Sequence record: PZ386967.1
Reading direction: 5' to 3' (one strand)
Source: a phage
DNA: 64,000 nt
Shown: in pieces, positions 18,708-28,780 of the stretch
How the letters are laid out: the number at the start of each line of letters is the position of its first letter
Position numbering within the stretch: position 1 is the stretch's first letter
Position numbers and translations under genes: made by a program
Notes under the pieces: generated by a model
Told to the model about the DNA's origin: nothing
What the model saw: the letters and a program-made list of their open reading frames with translations, nothing else
Databases searched by the model: none

Positions 18708-20216
18708 ATGGCAGACATCCAGATTGTTAAGGTTAACGAAGTCCGCATGCGTTGCATCGCAGATCTTTCTATCAGGGAAGAACTGAATGACTACTTCAAA
18801 TTCGAAGACCCGAACTTCGTTCCCAACCCCTTCTCTAAATGGGACGGGGTTGTTCGCTTGTTCACCAAGTCATCCGGCCTGATTGATATCGGCCTACTGT
18901 TTGAGGTGTTCAAGTTCTGCAAGAACAACAACTACACCATTGAACTGGATCCGGCTCTGAAGTACATTCAGGACATCCCAGACCAAGAAATCCATGACTT
19001 CATCAACAGTCTGCATCCAAAGATCCGCACCGAAAATCACGAATATATCGATGCCGAGACTCGTGACTACCAGTACGACACCATCGCCAAGGCTATGCGT
19101 CAAACCAGATGCGTCTGTGAACTGGCTACGAGTGCCGGTAAGTCCTTTATTCTGTATGTCATGGCGCGGTACTACAGGCAGCGCAGAGAAGCTCTCGAAA
19201 GTCCTCTGAAGACGCTTATCGTGGTTCCGTCAATTCACCTGGTCACTCAGCTGTACGACAACTTTGAAGAGTACGCACACGGCAGTGATTGGAAGCCCGT
19301 TGTCAACACTCAATTGATCTTTGAGGGCGCGACAAAGGAAATCAGCAAACCAATCGTCATCAGTACATGGCAGGGTATTCAAGACCAGCCGAAGGAATGG
19401 TTCCACCAGTTCGGTGATATCGTGGTGGATGAAGTGCACACCTCCAAGTCTGAGAAACTGTCTTACATCCTAAACAACTGCATCTATGCCGACCAGCGCC
19501 TGGGGGTTACAGGTACGCTGGCGAATACCAAAGTTGCCGGGCTTCAGGTGGTGGCTCACTTCGGGGCGTACCATAAGATCATCACGGCTCGCGATCTTAT
19601 CAATCTCGGGTACGCCACTGACATCAAAGTGAAGATGATTCAGCTGAAGCACACTCCGGCGGATGCTGTTGGTCTAGACGGGGATTATTCCAAGGAAATA
19701 GAATACCTTATCACACACCAGTCCCGCAACGAACTGATCGCCAAGATGGCACTGAATCTGAAAGGAAACGTGGCCATCATGTTCGAACGTATTGATGGTC
19801 ACATGATGGTCGTGTATGATATGCTGAGCGCAGTCAAGCCCAACGTGTTTGTCATCAACGGGGAAGTGAAGATCGAAGACCGCCGCCGCATACAGAAAGC
19901 GATGGAGGATGGAGAGGACATCACCCTGTTGGCATCATACGGGACAATGCAGCAGGGAGTGTCGATCAAGAAGCTACACCACCTTGTACTGGCACACCCG
20001 AGCAAGTCATATATCCGCGTCATACAGACATTGGGTCGTCTGATGCGTCAGCACTCCTCTAAGGACGTCGCGTGGATATGGGACTTAGTGGATGATGCAT
20101 CGTACAACGCCAGCACGAACCACGCTCTTAGGCACTCTCACGAGCGTTACAAGTTTTACCTGGCAGAGCGCCACCCTGTGGAATTCATGAAGGTGGCGCT
20201 GGGTAATCACGATTAA
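18708..20216 (+). CDS. uvsW: UvsW-like SF2 helicase
   Basis: ATSAGKS, IVVDEVH, GVSIKKLHHLVLAHPSKSYIRVIQTLGRLMR and WIWDLVDDA match T4 UvsW; RBS GGGAG. Confidence 0.85.
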   Translation: MADIQIVKVNEVRMRCIADLSIREELNDYFKFEDPNFVPNPFSKWDGVVRLFTKSSGLIDIGLLFEVFKFCKNNNYTIELDPALKYIQDIPDQEIHDFINSLHPKIRTENHEYIDAETRDYQYDTIAKAMRQTRCVCELATSAGKSFILYVMARYYRQRREALESPLKTLIVVPSIHLVTQLYDNFEEYAHGSDWKPVVNTQLIFEGATKEISKPIVISTWQGIQDQPKEWFHQFGDIVVDEVHTSKSEKLSYILNNCIYADQRLGVTGTLANTKVAGLQVVAHFGAYHKIITARDLINLGYATDIKVKMIQLKHTPADAVGLDGDYSKEIEYLITHQSRNELIAKMALNLKGNVAIMFERIDGHMMVVYDMLSAVKPNVFVINGEVKIEDRRRIQKAMEDGEDITLLASYGTMQQGVSIKKLHHLVLAHPSKSYIRVIQTLGRLMRQHSSKDVAWIWDLVDDASYNASTNHALRHSHERYKFYLAERHPVEFMKVALGNHD

Positions 20217-20584
20217 TCTTGATTCACATAGGCGGGGGTGGCCTCGCCTTCATCAGATACTACGCCGAACAATTTGTCCAGAGAAGCCAGACATTGTGAG
20301 TTCAGGTGTTCACTGATCGTATCCTTCAGCATTTGTTCGCTGCCCATTTTGAATGGTAGAACCTTCGCTTCGATGCCGTTTTCAAACGTCACAACACCGA
20401 CATACAGACCAACTTTCAGGCCTGTCATCAAGCCAAGAGGGACAAATCGCGGCTCCGATGGTAAGTTCTTGTCTGACGCCAGCTGTGCCAGATAAACTGG
20501 GGTGCCTGTGACAAATTGCCCTGCGGTGAGGATGGCGTCTGGCTTACTGCATCCGACCGCATATAATCCTACGAACTGTTTCAT
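20213..20584 (-). CDS. Hypothetical protein (123 aa)
   Basis: Minus-strand ORF convergent with uvsW, divergent from the AT-rich control region. Confidence 0.4.
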   Translation of the reverse strand: MKQFVGLYAVGCSKPDAILTAGQFVTGTPVYLAQLASDKNLPSEPRFVPLGLMTGLKVGLYVGVVTFENGIEAKVLPFKMGSEQMLKDTISEHLNSQCLASLDKLFGVVSDEGEATPAYVNQD

Positions 20585-20947
20585 ATATTACTCTCGTGTG
20601 TTGGTTAACCTGACATACATATTATTTCGCATGCATGTTTAGACCAAATTAAATTAATTTTGCTGTTGAATAAAAAATTGCTTTCCTGTTGAACAATGGC
20701 GTGGTATTATACGAGTTGTGAGTGTTAACGAACAACGAGTATTTGTTTTATGAGCGAAGCGAATAGGATTAATAAAGATTATTATCTTTAATAAAGGTTA
20801 TTATCTTTAATAAAGTCCATAAATGCCGAAGGCATTTATTAATAACGCGTAGCGCAATTTGCCACTTGTTCTATAAACAAAACACAGCGATACTAGATTG
20901 CGTCAAACATGACTTGAACCCCCACTATATTTTGAGGATACATACAA
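20585..20947. promoter_or_regulatory. AT-rich 360-bp divergent intergenic region with tandem repeat and hairpin
   Basis: Longest non-coding stretch in the window; 19-bp tandem repeat (A/G)TTATTATCTTTAATAAAG x2 at 20777-20814 and hairpin AAATGCC-GAA-GGCATTT at 20819-20835. Confidence 0.45.
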
Positions 20948-21616
20948 ATGCAAGAGATCACTCTCTCCGAACGTACACTTCAGTTGCTGGCCAACTTTGA
21001 GACCATCAACCCATCTATCGTCCTGACACCGGGTAAGATGCTGCGCAGCATTAACGATTCGTCTACTGTTATCGCCGTGGCACAGATCGAAGAAGACTTC
21101 CCGTTTGAGTTCCCTATCCTGGACCTGACCAAACTTCTGGCCATCCAGCGCCTGCCTTCCTTCAAAGGTGGTAAAGCCGAATTCCATCAGGACTACATCC
21201 TGTTGAAAGGCGAAAACTCTCAGCTGCAATTCTGGCGTTCTGCTAAAGAACTCACTGTTGTTCCGGCTGACACCATTGAACTGCCGTCTGTCGACTTTGA
21301 AGCGATCATCACTCCAGAGAAGATGAAAGAACTGACCCGCGCCTGTTCTACCCTCGGACACAAGACTGTGCGCCTGGTTGCTCAGGGTGGCAAAACTCGC
21401 CTGGTTGCAACCACCACTACCCTGGACAACTCCAACAACTACACTGTTGAGCTGGGCGAAACCGCGCTGCCGGACTTCGTAATGCCGCTGGATGTTGCCA
21501 ACCTGAAAATGATCGAAGGCAACTACACTCTGCGTGCCTGTGCTGATCTACAGATGGTGAACTTCCAATCATCCGACGCGACGATCAATTACTTCGTCGG
21601 CGCACAGATTGAGTAA
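20948..21616 (+). CDS. gp45: Sliding clamp (gp45-like)
   Basis: N-terminus LQLLANFETINPSIVL matches T4 gp45 ALLKNFATINSGIML; size 222 aa versus 228. Confidence 0.8.
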   Translation: MQEITLSERTLQLLANFETINPSIVLTPGKMLRSINDSSTVIAVAQIEEDFPFEFPILDLTKLLAIQRLPSFKGGKAEFHQDYILLKGENSQLQFWRSAKELTVVPADTIELPSVDFEAIITPEKMKELTRACSTLGHKTVRLVAQGGKTRLVATTTTLDNSNNYTVELGETALPDFVMPLDVANLKMIEGNYTLRACADLQMVNFQSSDATINYFVGAQIE

Positions 21617-21634
21617 TCAATCTCCAGCCTGATG

Positions 21635-21673
21635 CTATAATGTGTGGGCGGGGCGTTCCCCGCCTATTTGAAA
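21635..21673 (+). promoter_or_regulatory. Promoter -10 (TATAAT) followed by 5'-leader stem-loop
   Basis: TATAAT at 21635-21640, then GGCGGGG-CGTT-CCCCGCC hairpin and CTATTTGAAATG, the same hairpin-leader arrangement seen at 33273 and 33832. Confidence 0.4.
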
Positions 21674-21696
21674 TGATTCTTCTACACGAGGCTGAA

Positions 21697-22686
21697 ATGT
21701 CTAATATCACTATCGTTTCCGACCAGTACGCATGGGAAAACAAGTACCGCCCTGACAACCTGGACGAGATTATCATCCCTCAAGACGTCCGCGCTAAAAT
21801 CCATGGCTACATCACCAGCGGCAACGGCAACATCCCGTCTATGCTGTTCTACTCCCCTCAGCCTGGTACTGGCAAGACTACCTCCGCCCTGGCCGTGTGT
21901 AATGAAATCGGTTGTAAGCAACCACTGATGATCAACGCATCCCTGGACAACAGCATCGACGTTATCCGTGACCGCGTGATTCAGTACTCTACTGGTGTGA
22001 GCGTATTCGGTGGTCGCAAAGTCGTTATCCTCGACGAAGTAGAGCGTCTGTCTATGGCGGCACAGGAGTCGCTGAAGGGTATTGTGGAGAAGGTCTCCAA
22101 GAACTGTTCATTCATCCTGACCACCAACGCCAAGCAACGTGTGAACGAACCTCTGCGCTCTCGTTGCCGTGAAATCGACTTTATCTGGAATGAGGCTGAG
22201 GCTGATGAGGTAAAACTTCAGTTCATGCGCCGCTGTGCTGAAATCCTTCGCTGCGAAGGTGTTGAGTATGACCCTCCTGTGTTGGCTGCTATTGTCAAGC
22301 GCCATTTCCCTGATAACCGCCGCATCATGGGTGTTCTACAGGATAACGTCACCACTTACGGCAAGATCGACGAACGTGCACTGGCTGTGTTAAAATCGGC
22401 CGATATGGGCATGTTGGTGAATATGTTGAAGGATAATGACTGGGCTGGGATGAAGCAGTGGGTGACCGACAACCAGAACTATATCACTGAAGACTTCTAT
22501 TCCCGCTTCTTCCAGTTCTGTGTACCACAGGATAAAGAGAAGCAAATGTTGGTTCAGAATGAGTCTATCCCTGATCTGGTATGCGTGTGTGGTCAGTCTC
22601 AGATTGAACACCGTCAGGTCGGCGATGTCTGGCTGCATGCTGTGTATTTCCTGACCAACGTCATGCTCAACATCAAGTGGAAGTGA
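21697..22686 (+). CDS. gp44: Clamp loader large subunit (gp44-like AAA+ ATPase)
   Basis: YRPDNLDE, SPQPGTGKTT (Walker A), VVILDEVERL, SRCREIDF (SRC motif) align with T4 gp44. Confidence 0.85.
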   Translation: MSNITIVSDQYAWENKYRPDNLDEIIIPQDVRAKIHGYITSGNGNIPSMLFYSPQPGTGKTTSALAVCNEIGCKQPLMINASLDNSIDVIRDRVIQYSTGVSVFGGRKVVILDEVERLSMAAQESLKGIVEKVSKNCSFILTTNAKQRVNEPLRSRCREIDFIWNEAEADEVKLQFMRRCAEILRCEGVEYDPPVLAAIVKRHFPDNRRIMGVLQDNVTTYGKIDERALAVLKSADMGMLVNMLKDNDWAGMKQWVTDNQNYITEDFYSRFFQFCVPQDKEKQMLVQNESIPDLVCVCGQSQIEHRQVGDVWLHAVYFLTNVMLNIKWK

Positions 22687-22690
22687 TACT

Positions 22691-23113
22691 ATGGCCGCCC
22701 TTGGATTGTTCGATTACCTGTCTGCTCTGAACAGCAGCAAAGAAAACCTTCTGCGGACTGATGACCCAGAAGTGTTGAAAGGATTCGACCCGTTTATGAC
22801 GCGGCGTGGTTTAGCTCAGAGCAAAGACACTCTAGTGACCGCTCAGCAGATGAACAAACTGCATGCTGTTACTCCATGGATGCAATGGTCATATGCCTTT
22901 CACACCATTCCGGCGCGGAAACGCTACGACAAATGGTCTAAGAAAGGTCCGATTGATCCTGACGTGAAGTTACTCTCCGAGTACTTCTACATCAGCATGG
23001 AGAAGGCATCCGAGTACGTCCGTTTCTTGCCGAAGGAAGTCCTGGCCGAAATACGCGAGAAGATGAGACGCACTGAGCTGAACGCCAAAGCGAAACCGCG
23101 CAAGGCTAAGTAG
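22691..23113 (+). CDS. gp62: Clamp loader small subunit (gp62-like)
   Basis: Follows gp44; PARKRYDKWSKK resembles T4 gp62 PRGKRYGKWAK. Confidence 0.6.
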   Translation: MAALGLFDYLSALNSSKENLLRTDDPEVLKGFDPFMTRRGLAQSKDTLVTAQQMNKLHAVTPWMQWSYAFHTIPARKRYDKWSKKGPIDPDVKLLSEYFYISMEKASEYVRFLPKEVLAEIREKMRRTELNAKAKPRKAK

Positions 23114-23142
23114 TTCAAACTATTGTGAAAGGAGAATGAGTC

Positions 23143-23607
23143 ATGGCGCGCAATACGCTAGACATATTGAACATTTCAGCCGTCAACGATGAGGCCAGCA
23201 TCGTTGATTGTATGGTTGAAGTTCAATTGAACCAAGATCGGCCAGGAATATTCCTGGGGATCAAGGAAACACTGAGCCGGATTGGGGTAAACACGCGCCA
23301 AGAGCCGAATACTCTGTATCAGACTTGCCATATTCTTCATAAGTGTGGTAAGTATTATATCGTCCACTTTAAGCATCTATTCATGCTGGACGGGCATTAC
23401 AACGGATTTAACCGCGAAGATGTCCTGAGGATGAACCGCATCATCAAGCTGCTGGAGCAGTGGAACATGGTGAAGGTCATTCATCCCGAGCAGGTCACCG
23501 AAGCCGCCGATATGTCACGCATTAAAGTGGTTAAACACGATCAGGTTCCTGAATGGAAGCTGGTCCCAAAATACATTATCCGGCCTACGAAGGCCAAGAG
23601 CGAATAA
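23143..23607 (+). CDS. regA: Translational repressor RegA-like
   Basis: KETLSRIGV...LYQTCHILHKCGKYYIVHFKHLFMLDG and EWKLVPKYI match T4 RegA; about 23 extra N-terminal residues, alternative start 23212. Confidence 0.75.
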   Translation: MARNTLDILNISAVNDEASIVDCMVEVQLNQDRPGIFLGIKETLSRIGVNTRQEPNTLYQTCHILHKCGKYYIVHFKHLFMLDGHYNGFNREDVLRMNRIIKLLEQWNMVKVIHPEQVTEAADMSRIKVVKHDQVPEWKLVPKYIIRPTKAKSE

Positions 23608-23623
23608 CTGGAGTCGCTAAATC

Positions 23624-24496
23624 ATGACAACTACATTTTCTAAGAACGTGAATCTGAATCTGGCTTTCGGTAATGCAAAGGGCGACGTCACATCGCCTGA
23701 CTTTGGTAAGATCCGCAATCAGGCGAAACTGGTGCTGGAAGAGACCCGCGAACTGCTGGAAGCGGTGTTCTTTGACCATGATGTGAAGGTGGAATTCACT
23801 GCAACTCCACGAGTCCTGAAAGAACCTGCCGTTGTGGACATCAAAGGCATCATGCGCCAGATCATGGATGCCCAGGGCGACATCACAACAGTCAACGACG
23901 GTTTGGCTCATATTGCTGGTTTCGACGGCGACGAATGCCTACAGCGCGTGTATGCGTCTAACATGAGCAAGTTCATTCGCAATGAAGGTGAAGTTGTGCC
24001 TGCACTGGATTACTACTACAACAAAGGCTTCCCACGCGAAAGTCTGCGCATCGAAGGGGAATTCCCTCAGGCGTGCATCAAAGTGGTAGACACCATCACC
24101 GTCGACGGCAAAGAATACCCGGCTGGCAAGTTCCTGAAGAACATGGCAACCTTCAAAGAGCCTGACTTCTCTGATATGCTGACTGCCGAGCCTAAGCGCC
24201 AGATCACTGAAATCATTCTGACGGGTACGGCCATTCCAGGCCAGCTCGGCTCTAACGAACACGCTGGTGTTGCCTTCGCTCCGTTCGATTTTATTGACGA
24301 GATCATGGGATACACCAAGATGGGCTTCCAGGCGTTCTCTGGCGAAACAGTCGAGAGCTACATTCCCGTGTTTGTTTTCAATGAAGACAACTTCCCAACT
24401 CTACCGTTGATCTGGGGTGAATGGAAAGCCAACGTCCGTATCTATGTGGCCAGCCCAGTGCAATCATCTATCACCCAACTGACCCGTATCGATTAA
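23624..24496 (+). CDS. Hypothetical protein (290 aa); possible MazG-like NTP pyrophosphohydrolase N-terminal domain
   Basis: VLEETRELLEAV resembles the EExxE metal-binding helix of MazG/HisE-type enzymes; weak. Confidence 0.35.
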   Translation: MTTTFSKNVNLNLAFGNAKGDVTSPDFGKIRNQAKLVLEETRELLEAVFFDHDVKVEFTATPRVLKEPAVVDIKGIMRQIMDAQGDITTVNDGLAHIAGFDGDECLQRVYASNMSKFIRNEGEVVPALDYYYNKGFPRESLRIEGEFPQACIKVVDTITVDGKEYPAGKFLKNMATFKEPDFSDMLTAEPKRQITEIILTGTAIPGQLGSNEHAGVAFAPFDFIDEIMGYTKMGFQAFSGETVESYIPVFVFNEDNFPTLPLIWGEWKANVRIYVASPVQSSITQLTRID

Positions 24497-24564
24497 GATA
24501 TACGGTTATTCACTAAACAACAGAGGCTATAATGGCCTCTGTTTTCGTATTCTAAGAGGATACC

Positions 24565-25788
24565 ATGAAAGATAAACCATATGACATCCCATATTGCGGT
24601 GTCCGTGAAACCAAAATCAAATCAGCCCATCCTATGTTAAGTTCATTCCACCGTCAGCTGGCATATGAATGGATGAGGGATCGTTATGCGATACATGTCA
24701 AGAAGGACGTGCAATGCCTTCCAGCGCCATGGACGGATAATCCGGTATTACGCCAAGTCAAGTTTTGTAACGTGCGGAGAGAGCACGATAGACAGTCTCG
24801 AAATTTGATCAATAATATCATCCTCAATCAGGATCTCACGCTATCTGACAAAATGTTCAACTGTGTATTGTTCCGCATGTACAACATGTGGGAACCTATA
24901 CAGGCTTTGGGTGGTCCATGGACGATCGAAGAATTCGGAAACATAAATCTTGAATGGTGTCGAAGTGTTCTTCAGGAATTCGAATCTAAAGGTGGCAAAG
25001 TTTTCACCAATGCGTTTAATACAGGCGGTCTGAAACAATGCCTGGCTTTCCCCGAACTAGTTGTCAACCACAAGGAGCAGCGCTTCGGTGGGATGATGGT
25101 GAATCTGATCTGTAAAGACGGTTCAACCCAGAACATGGATTACAAGGAAGCCAAGGCCATCGCTGAAGCAGAGCCGGACTTCTACACCATCGAAGGTTGG
25201 GAACCGTACATGCCAATGCGTGTCATCCGCTCCCTGAAGGCATTCGTCAACAAACACCCTCATTACTTTGATCGCCTCAGGGAATTTAGCCGTCCCGACT
25301 CTGTTTACCAGGCGATGTATGACGACATTGAGGGGCTTGGACCATTCTTGGCATACCAGATTTGGGTTGATTTTACATACATCGATGAATATCCATTCAG
25401 TGAAAACCACTTCACTATCGCTGGTCCAGGTTGCCGTGCTGGTATCGATCTGTTATTTTTGGACAAGGACGGCATGACGCATGAAGAATGCATATTCTGG
25501 GTTCGTGATCATCAAGATCAATTGTTCGCTCAGTATGGGTATAAACGTAATGAATTTTGGTCGGCAGAAGAACCGGAAGATCGTTGCATGAATGTTATGC
25601 AGCTGGAGAACATGTTCTGTGAACTTCAGAAATATACCCGCTGTGTTGAGGCAGTGATGCGCGGGGAGAAACCTCGAGGAAAGGTGGGGTATGACGGGAA
25701 TGGTAGTGCGTATAAGCAACGTTGTGATGAAGTCGTGCTCAAACGTGGTTCCGTCAATTTGCTGGACCGTTTGAAGAAACCTGAATAA
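24565..25788 (+). CDS. Hypothetical protein (407 aa), function unknown
   Basis: Long ORF with RBS; no motif recognised by eye. Confidence 0.5.
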   Translation: MKDKPYDIPYCGVRETKIKSAHPMLSSFHRQLAYEWMRDRYAIHVKKDVQCLPAPWTDNPVLRQVKFCNVRREHDRQSRNLINNIILNQDLTLSDKMFNCVLFRMYNMWEPIQALGGPWTIEEFGNINLEWCRSVLQEFESKGGKVFTNAFNTGGLKQCLAFPELVVNHKEQRFGGMMVNLICKDGSTQNMDYKEAKAIAEAEPDFYTIEGWEPYMPMRVIRSLKAFVNKHPHYFDRLREFSRPDSVYQAMYDDIEGLGPFLAYQIWVDFTYIDEYPFSENHFTIAGPGCRAGIDLLFLDKDGMTHEECIFWVRDHQDQLFAQYGYKRNEFWSAEEPEDRCMNVMQLENMFCELQKYTRCVEAVMRGEKPRGKVGYDGNGSAYKQRCDEVVLKRGSVNLLDRLKKPE

Positions 25789-25796
25789 AGATTCCC

Positions 25797-25834
25797 TTTA
25801 CTTCGTTCTTCAATAACTCAATCCAGCGTATATT
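25797..25834 (+). promoter_or_regulatory. Early promoter cassette variant (TTTACT ... TATATT) with 9-bp insertion in the spacer
   Basis: Shares TTTACTTC and CTTCAATAACTCA boxes with the other cassettes but the -35 to -10 spacing is 26 bp. Confidence 0.3.
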
Positions 25835-25902
25835 AACCTCACTTAAACGAAGCGCCCTGGCAAACGGGGCGCACATTTGAACTGAAACAGGAAGATTACA
25901 TC

Positions 25903-27921
25903 ATGTCAGATTTTAAGCCCTTCGCAGTAGCTGTCAACAATAACGTGCTGGCCATGTCAGCAACTGGTCTGTTCATGACCAACATCGATAAAGATGCTCT
26001 GTGGGATCTGTATCTGTCTTCTTTCCCTGCTGGCACTAACCCGCTTTATCGTGAGCGTACCGAGCACGACTGCACCTGCTGTAAACAATTCATCCGTAAT
26101 ATCGGCGGTGTGGTCACCATCGACTCCGACCTGAACGTGATCTCTATCTGGGATAACATTCAGCTGGGTAACGAATACGACGTTGTCGCTGCGGCGCTGT
26201 CAGCATATGTTAAGCAGCACGCAATCGTCGACGTGTACTTCAACGACACCAAGAAAGTTGGTGTTGAGTCGAATCACGAAATGAAAGACGGTATTGTCCG
26301 CACCTACAACCACTTCCACACCGACCTGCTGGGTAGCTATGTTCTGCGGGCAGATACCATCGCTTCTAAGAAGGGCGAAATCCGCCAGGCGATTGAAGTG
26401 TTTGAGCGCGGTCTGCGCGAACTGTCTCTGGAATCGGCTGAAATCGTTCTGGAATTGATTGACCAGAATTCTCTGTATCGCGGTGAAGAGCACAAAGCGG
26501 CAGTGCAGGCGTTCGTGGTGAACAAGACCCTGTACGAACAAACTGCAGAAGAGAAACGCGCTCTGTGGGCTTGGCGCACTGGCTACCGTGCAAACGGTCA
26601 TACCCCTCACGGCATTCGTAATACCGTGATTGGCTCTCTGCTGGTAGACCTCAATGAAGGCCGGGATTTGGAAACCGCCGTGAAGTCCTTTGAAGCCAAA
26701 GTCGCCCCGACGAACTACAAGCGCCCAACCGCGCTGGTCACGAAGTCGATGATTGAAAACGCGCAGAAAGAAGTCGAAGCGCTGGGTCTGACTGATTCAC
26801 TGGGTCGCCGTTATGCCGTGTATGACGATCTGACCATCAACAACGTTCTGTTCGCCGATCTGGCAGCTCAGAAGAAGATGGACCCGTTTGCTCAGCTGGC
26901 GTCTGAAGTGAAGACTCCGACCAAGTCCCTGGACAAGGTTGAAGAGATCACGATCGACGACTTCCTGGCCAACGTGTTGCCAAAGGCGCATTCCCTGGAA
27001 GTGCTGGTCGAAAACTCTCACATTGGCAACCTGATGTCCCTGATCGCTCCGGCTACCGCAGGCGCTCCTAACCTGTTCAAATGGAACAACGGTTTCAGCT
27101 GGTCATACAACGGTGAAGTGGCCGACTCCATCAAAGAGCGCGTGAAGACAGCAGGCGGCAACGTTGACAGCTTCCTCCGGGTGTCACTGGCTTGGCATAA
27201 CAACGACGACCTGGATCTGAGCATGAACGATCCTCTTCACAACCACGTATATTTTCGCAACCGTCGTTCGACAACTGGCGCAACTCTGGACATCGACATG
27301 AACGGTATGGACGGCATTGACCCAAATCGCCGTCCGGTGGAGAACATCTTCTTCAGCGATGAACGCAAGCTACGTGACGGGAATTATGAGTTCTATGTCA
27401 CCAACTTCAACAAGCGTGAAACCTGTGACGTTGGTTTCGAAATCGAAGTCGAATACAAAGGCCAGACCAAGCGCTTCTCACACCCTGGCCTGGGTAACAA
27501 AGATCGCACGTTGGCTGTTGTGGTTCAGGTTCGCGCTGGTCAGGTGGTTGACATCAGTTCTACCCTGAAAGACGACGCTCGCTCTCAGGAAATCTGGGGC
27601 ATCAAGACCTCCGTCTTCCAGAAGGTACAGCTGGTTCTGAACTCACCAAACCATTGGGACGGCGAGCAGACGGGCAACAAGCACGTGTTCTTCATCCTGG
27701 AAGGTTGTGCTAACCCTGTCGGCACCCGTGGTTTCTATAACGAATATCTGAAGCCGGAACTTGATAAACACCGCAAGGTTTTTGAAATGTTAGGTGGTAA
27801 GATTAAAGTACAGCCAAGCAATGAGCAGCTGTCCGGTCTGGGCTTCTCTACCACCCAACGCAACCACGTGTTCGTGAAGGTGAGCGGTTCGTTCAACCGC
27901 ACTGTGAAAGTTGTGTTCTAA
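25903..27921 (+). CDS. Hypothetical large protein (672 aa), function unknown
   Basis: Long ORF after the cassette; N-terminal HDCTCC motif and C-terminal Asp-rich DIDMNGMDGID segment; no confident family assignment. Confidence 0.5.
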   Translation: MSDFKPFAVAVNNNVLAMSATGLFMTNIDKDALWDLYLSSFPAGTNPLYRERTEHDCTCCKQFIRNIGGVVTIDSDLNVISIWDNIQLGNEYDVVAAALSAYVKQHAIVDVYFNDTKKVGVESNHEMKDGIVRTYNHFHTDLLGSYVLRADTIASKKGEIRQAIEVFERGLRELSLESAEIVLELIDQNSLYRGEEHKAAVQAFVVNKTLYEQTAEEKRALWAWRTGYRANGHTPHGIRNTVIGSLLVDLNEGRDLETAVKSFEAKVAPTNYKRPTALVTKSMIENAQKEVEALGLTDSLGRRYAVYDDLTINNVLFADLAAQKKMDPFAQLASEVKTPTKSLDKVEEITIDDFLANVLPKAHSLEVLVENSHIGNLMSLIAPATAGAPNLFKWNNGFSWSYNGEVADSIKERVKTAGGNVDSFLRVSLAWHNNDDLDLSMNDPLHNHVYFRNRRSTTGATLDIDMNGMDGIDPNRRPVENIFFSDERKLRDGNYEFYVTNFNKRETCDVGFEIEVEYKGQTKRFSHPGLGNKDRTLAVVVQVRAGQVVDISSTLKDDARSQEIWGIKTSVFQKVQLVLNSPNHWDGEQTGNKHVFFILEGCANPVGTRGFYNEYLKPELDKHRKVFEMLGGKIKVQPSNEQLSGLGFSTTQRNHVFVKVSGSFNRTVKVVF

Positions 27922-27965
27922 ACCTGATTTGAAATTGTAACCCATTCATCATTGAGGATAGTAAA

Positions 27966-28337
27966 ATGTTTGATAAAGCAACCCGTATGAAACTGCGCTT
28001 CGAGTCTAACAAAGGCCTGTTGTCTGTTGAGCAGGTCTGGGACCTGAGCCTGACTGCCCTGAACGAAATGGCGAAAGGTCTGAGCCGTCAGGTGAAAGCA
28101 GCAGAAACCGATGAAGAAGATTTCATTGGTACCAAAAGCAACGTTGACTCCGAACTGCAGCTGCGCTTCGACGTTGTCAAGCACATCATCGGCGTTAAGC
28201 TGAAAGAACGTGACGACAGCAGAGACGCGGCAGAGCGTAAGGCGAACAACCAGATTATCCTGGAGCTGATCCAGCGTAAGAAACAGCAAGAGCTGGAAAG
28301 CAAATCTGTTGAAGAACTGGAAGCACTCCTGAAATAA
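27966..28337 (+). CDS. Hypothetical coiled-coil protein (123 aa)
   Basis: Charged helical sequence; RBS GAGGA. Confidence 0.45.
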   Translation: MFDKATRMKLRFESNKGLLSVEQVWDLSLTALNEMAKGLSRQVKAAETDEEDFIGTKSNVDSELQLRFDVVKHIIGVKLKERDDSRDAAERKANNQIILELIQRKKQQELESKSVEELEALLK

Positions 28338-28360
28338 TCTGTCTGACCTCAGCCTGAGCA

Positions 28361-28387
28361 ACCCCGCCATGTGCGGGGTTTCTTTTG
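28361..28387 (+). terminator. Rho-independent terminator
   Basis: AACCCCGC-CATGT-GCGGGGTT followed by TCTTTT. Confidence 0.7.
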
Positions 28388-28397
28388 GACAAAGAAT

Positions 28398-28772
28398 ATG
28401 AAACCTGTTATATGCGATTACTGTGGCCTCCCAGCCGAATTCGTCGGTGGTGATGTTCTCTACCCTCATCACCCTGACCTCCGCAATCTGAAGTTCTGGG
28501 TGTGCACTCCATGTGATGCCCGTGTCGGTTGCCATGCCCATGGCGACGGCAGACAACCTTTGGGAAGGATGGCGAATGCCGCTCTCCGTGCTGCTAAGCA
28601 AAAAGCCCATAGATCGTTTGACCCATTATGGAAAAGCGGAGAGAGGAGCAGGAGCGACGCTTACAGTTGGCTGGCGCATAAGCTGGGGATTAAGAAGCGC
28701 GATTGCCATATCGGCTTGTTCGATATCGACATGTGCCGTAAAGTAGTGGAGGTCTGTAAACAAATATCATAG
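28398..28772 (+). CDS. Zinc-ribbon protein (DUF3268-like)
   Basis: CDYCG...CTPCDARVGCH cysteine pattern near N-terminus. Confidence 0.4.
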   Translation: MKPVICDYCGLPAEFVGGDVLYPHHPDLRNLKFWVCTPCDARVGCHAHGDGRQPLGRMANAALRAAKQKAHRSFDPLWKSGERSRSDAYSWLAHKLGIKKRDCHIGLFDIDMCRKVVEVCKQIS

Positions 28773-28780
28773 GAGAACAC

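Noticed and set aside
20777-20814. Tandem repeats considered as a CRISPR array
   Set aside because: Only two adjacent 19-bp units with no spacers and AT-rich; more consistent with a protein-binding or origin-like repeat.
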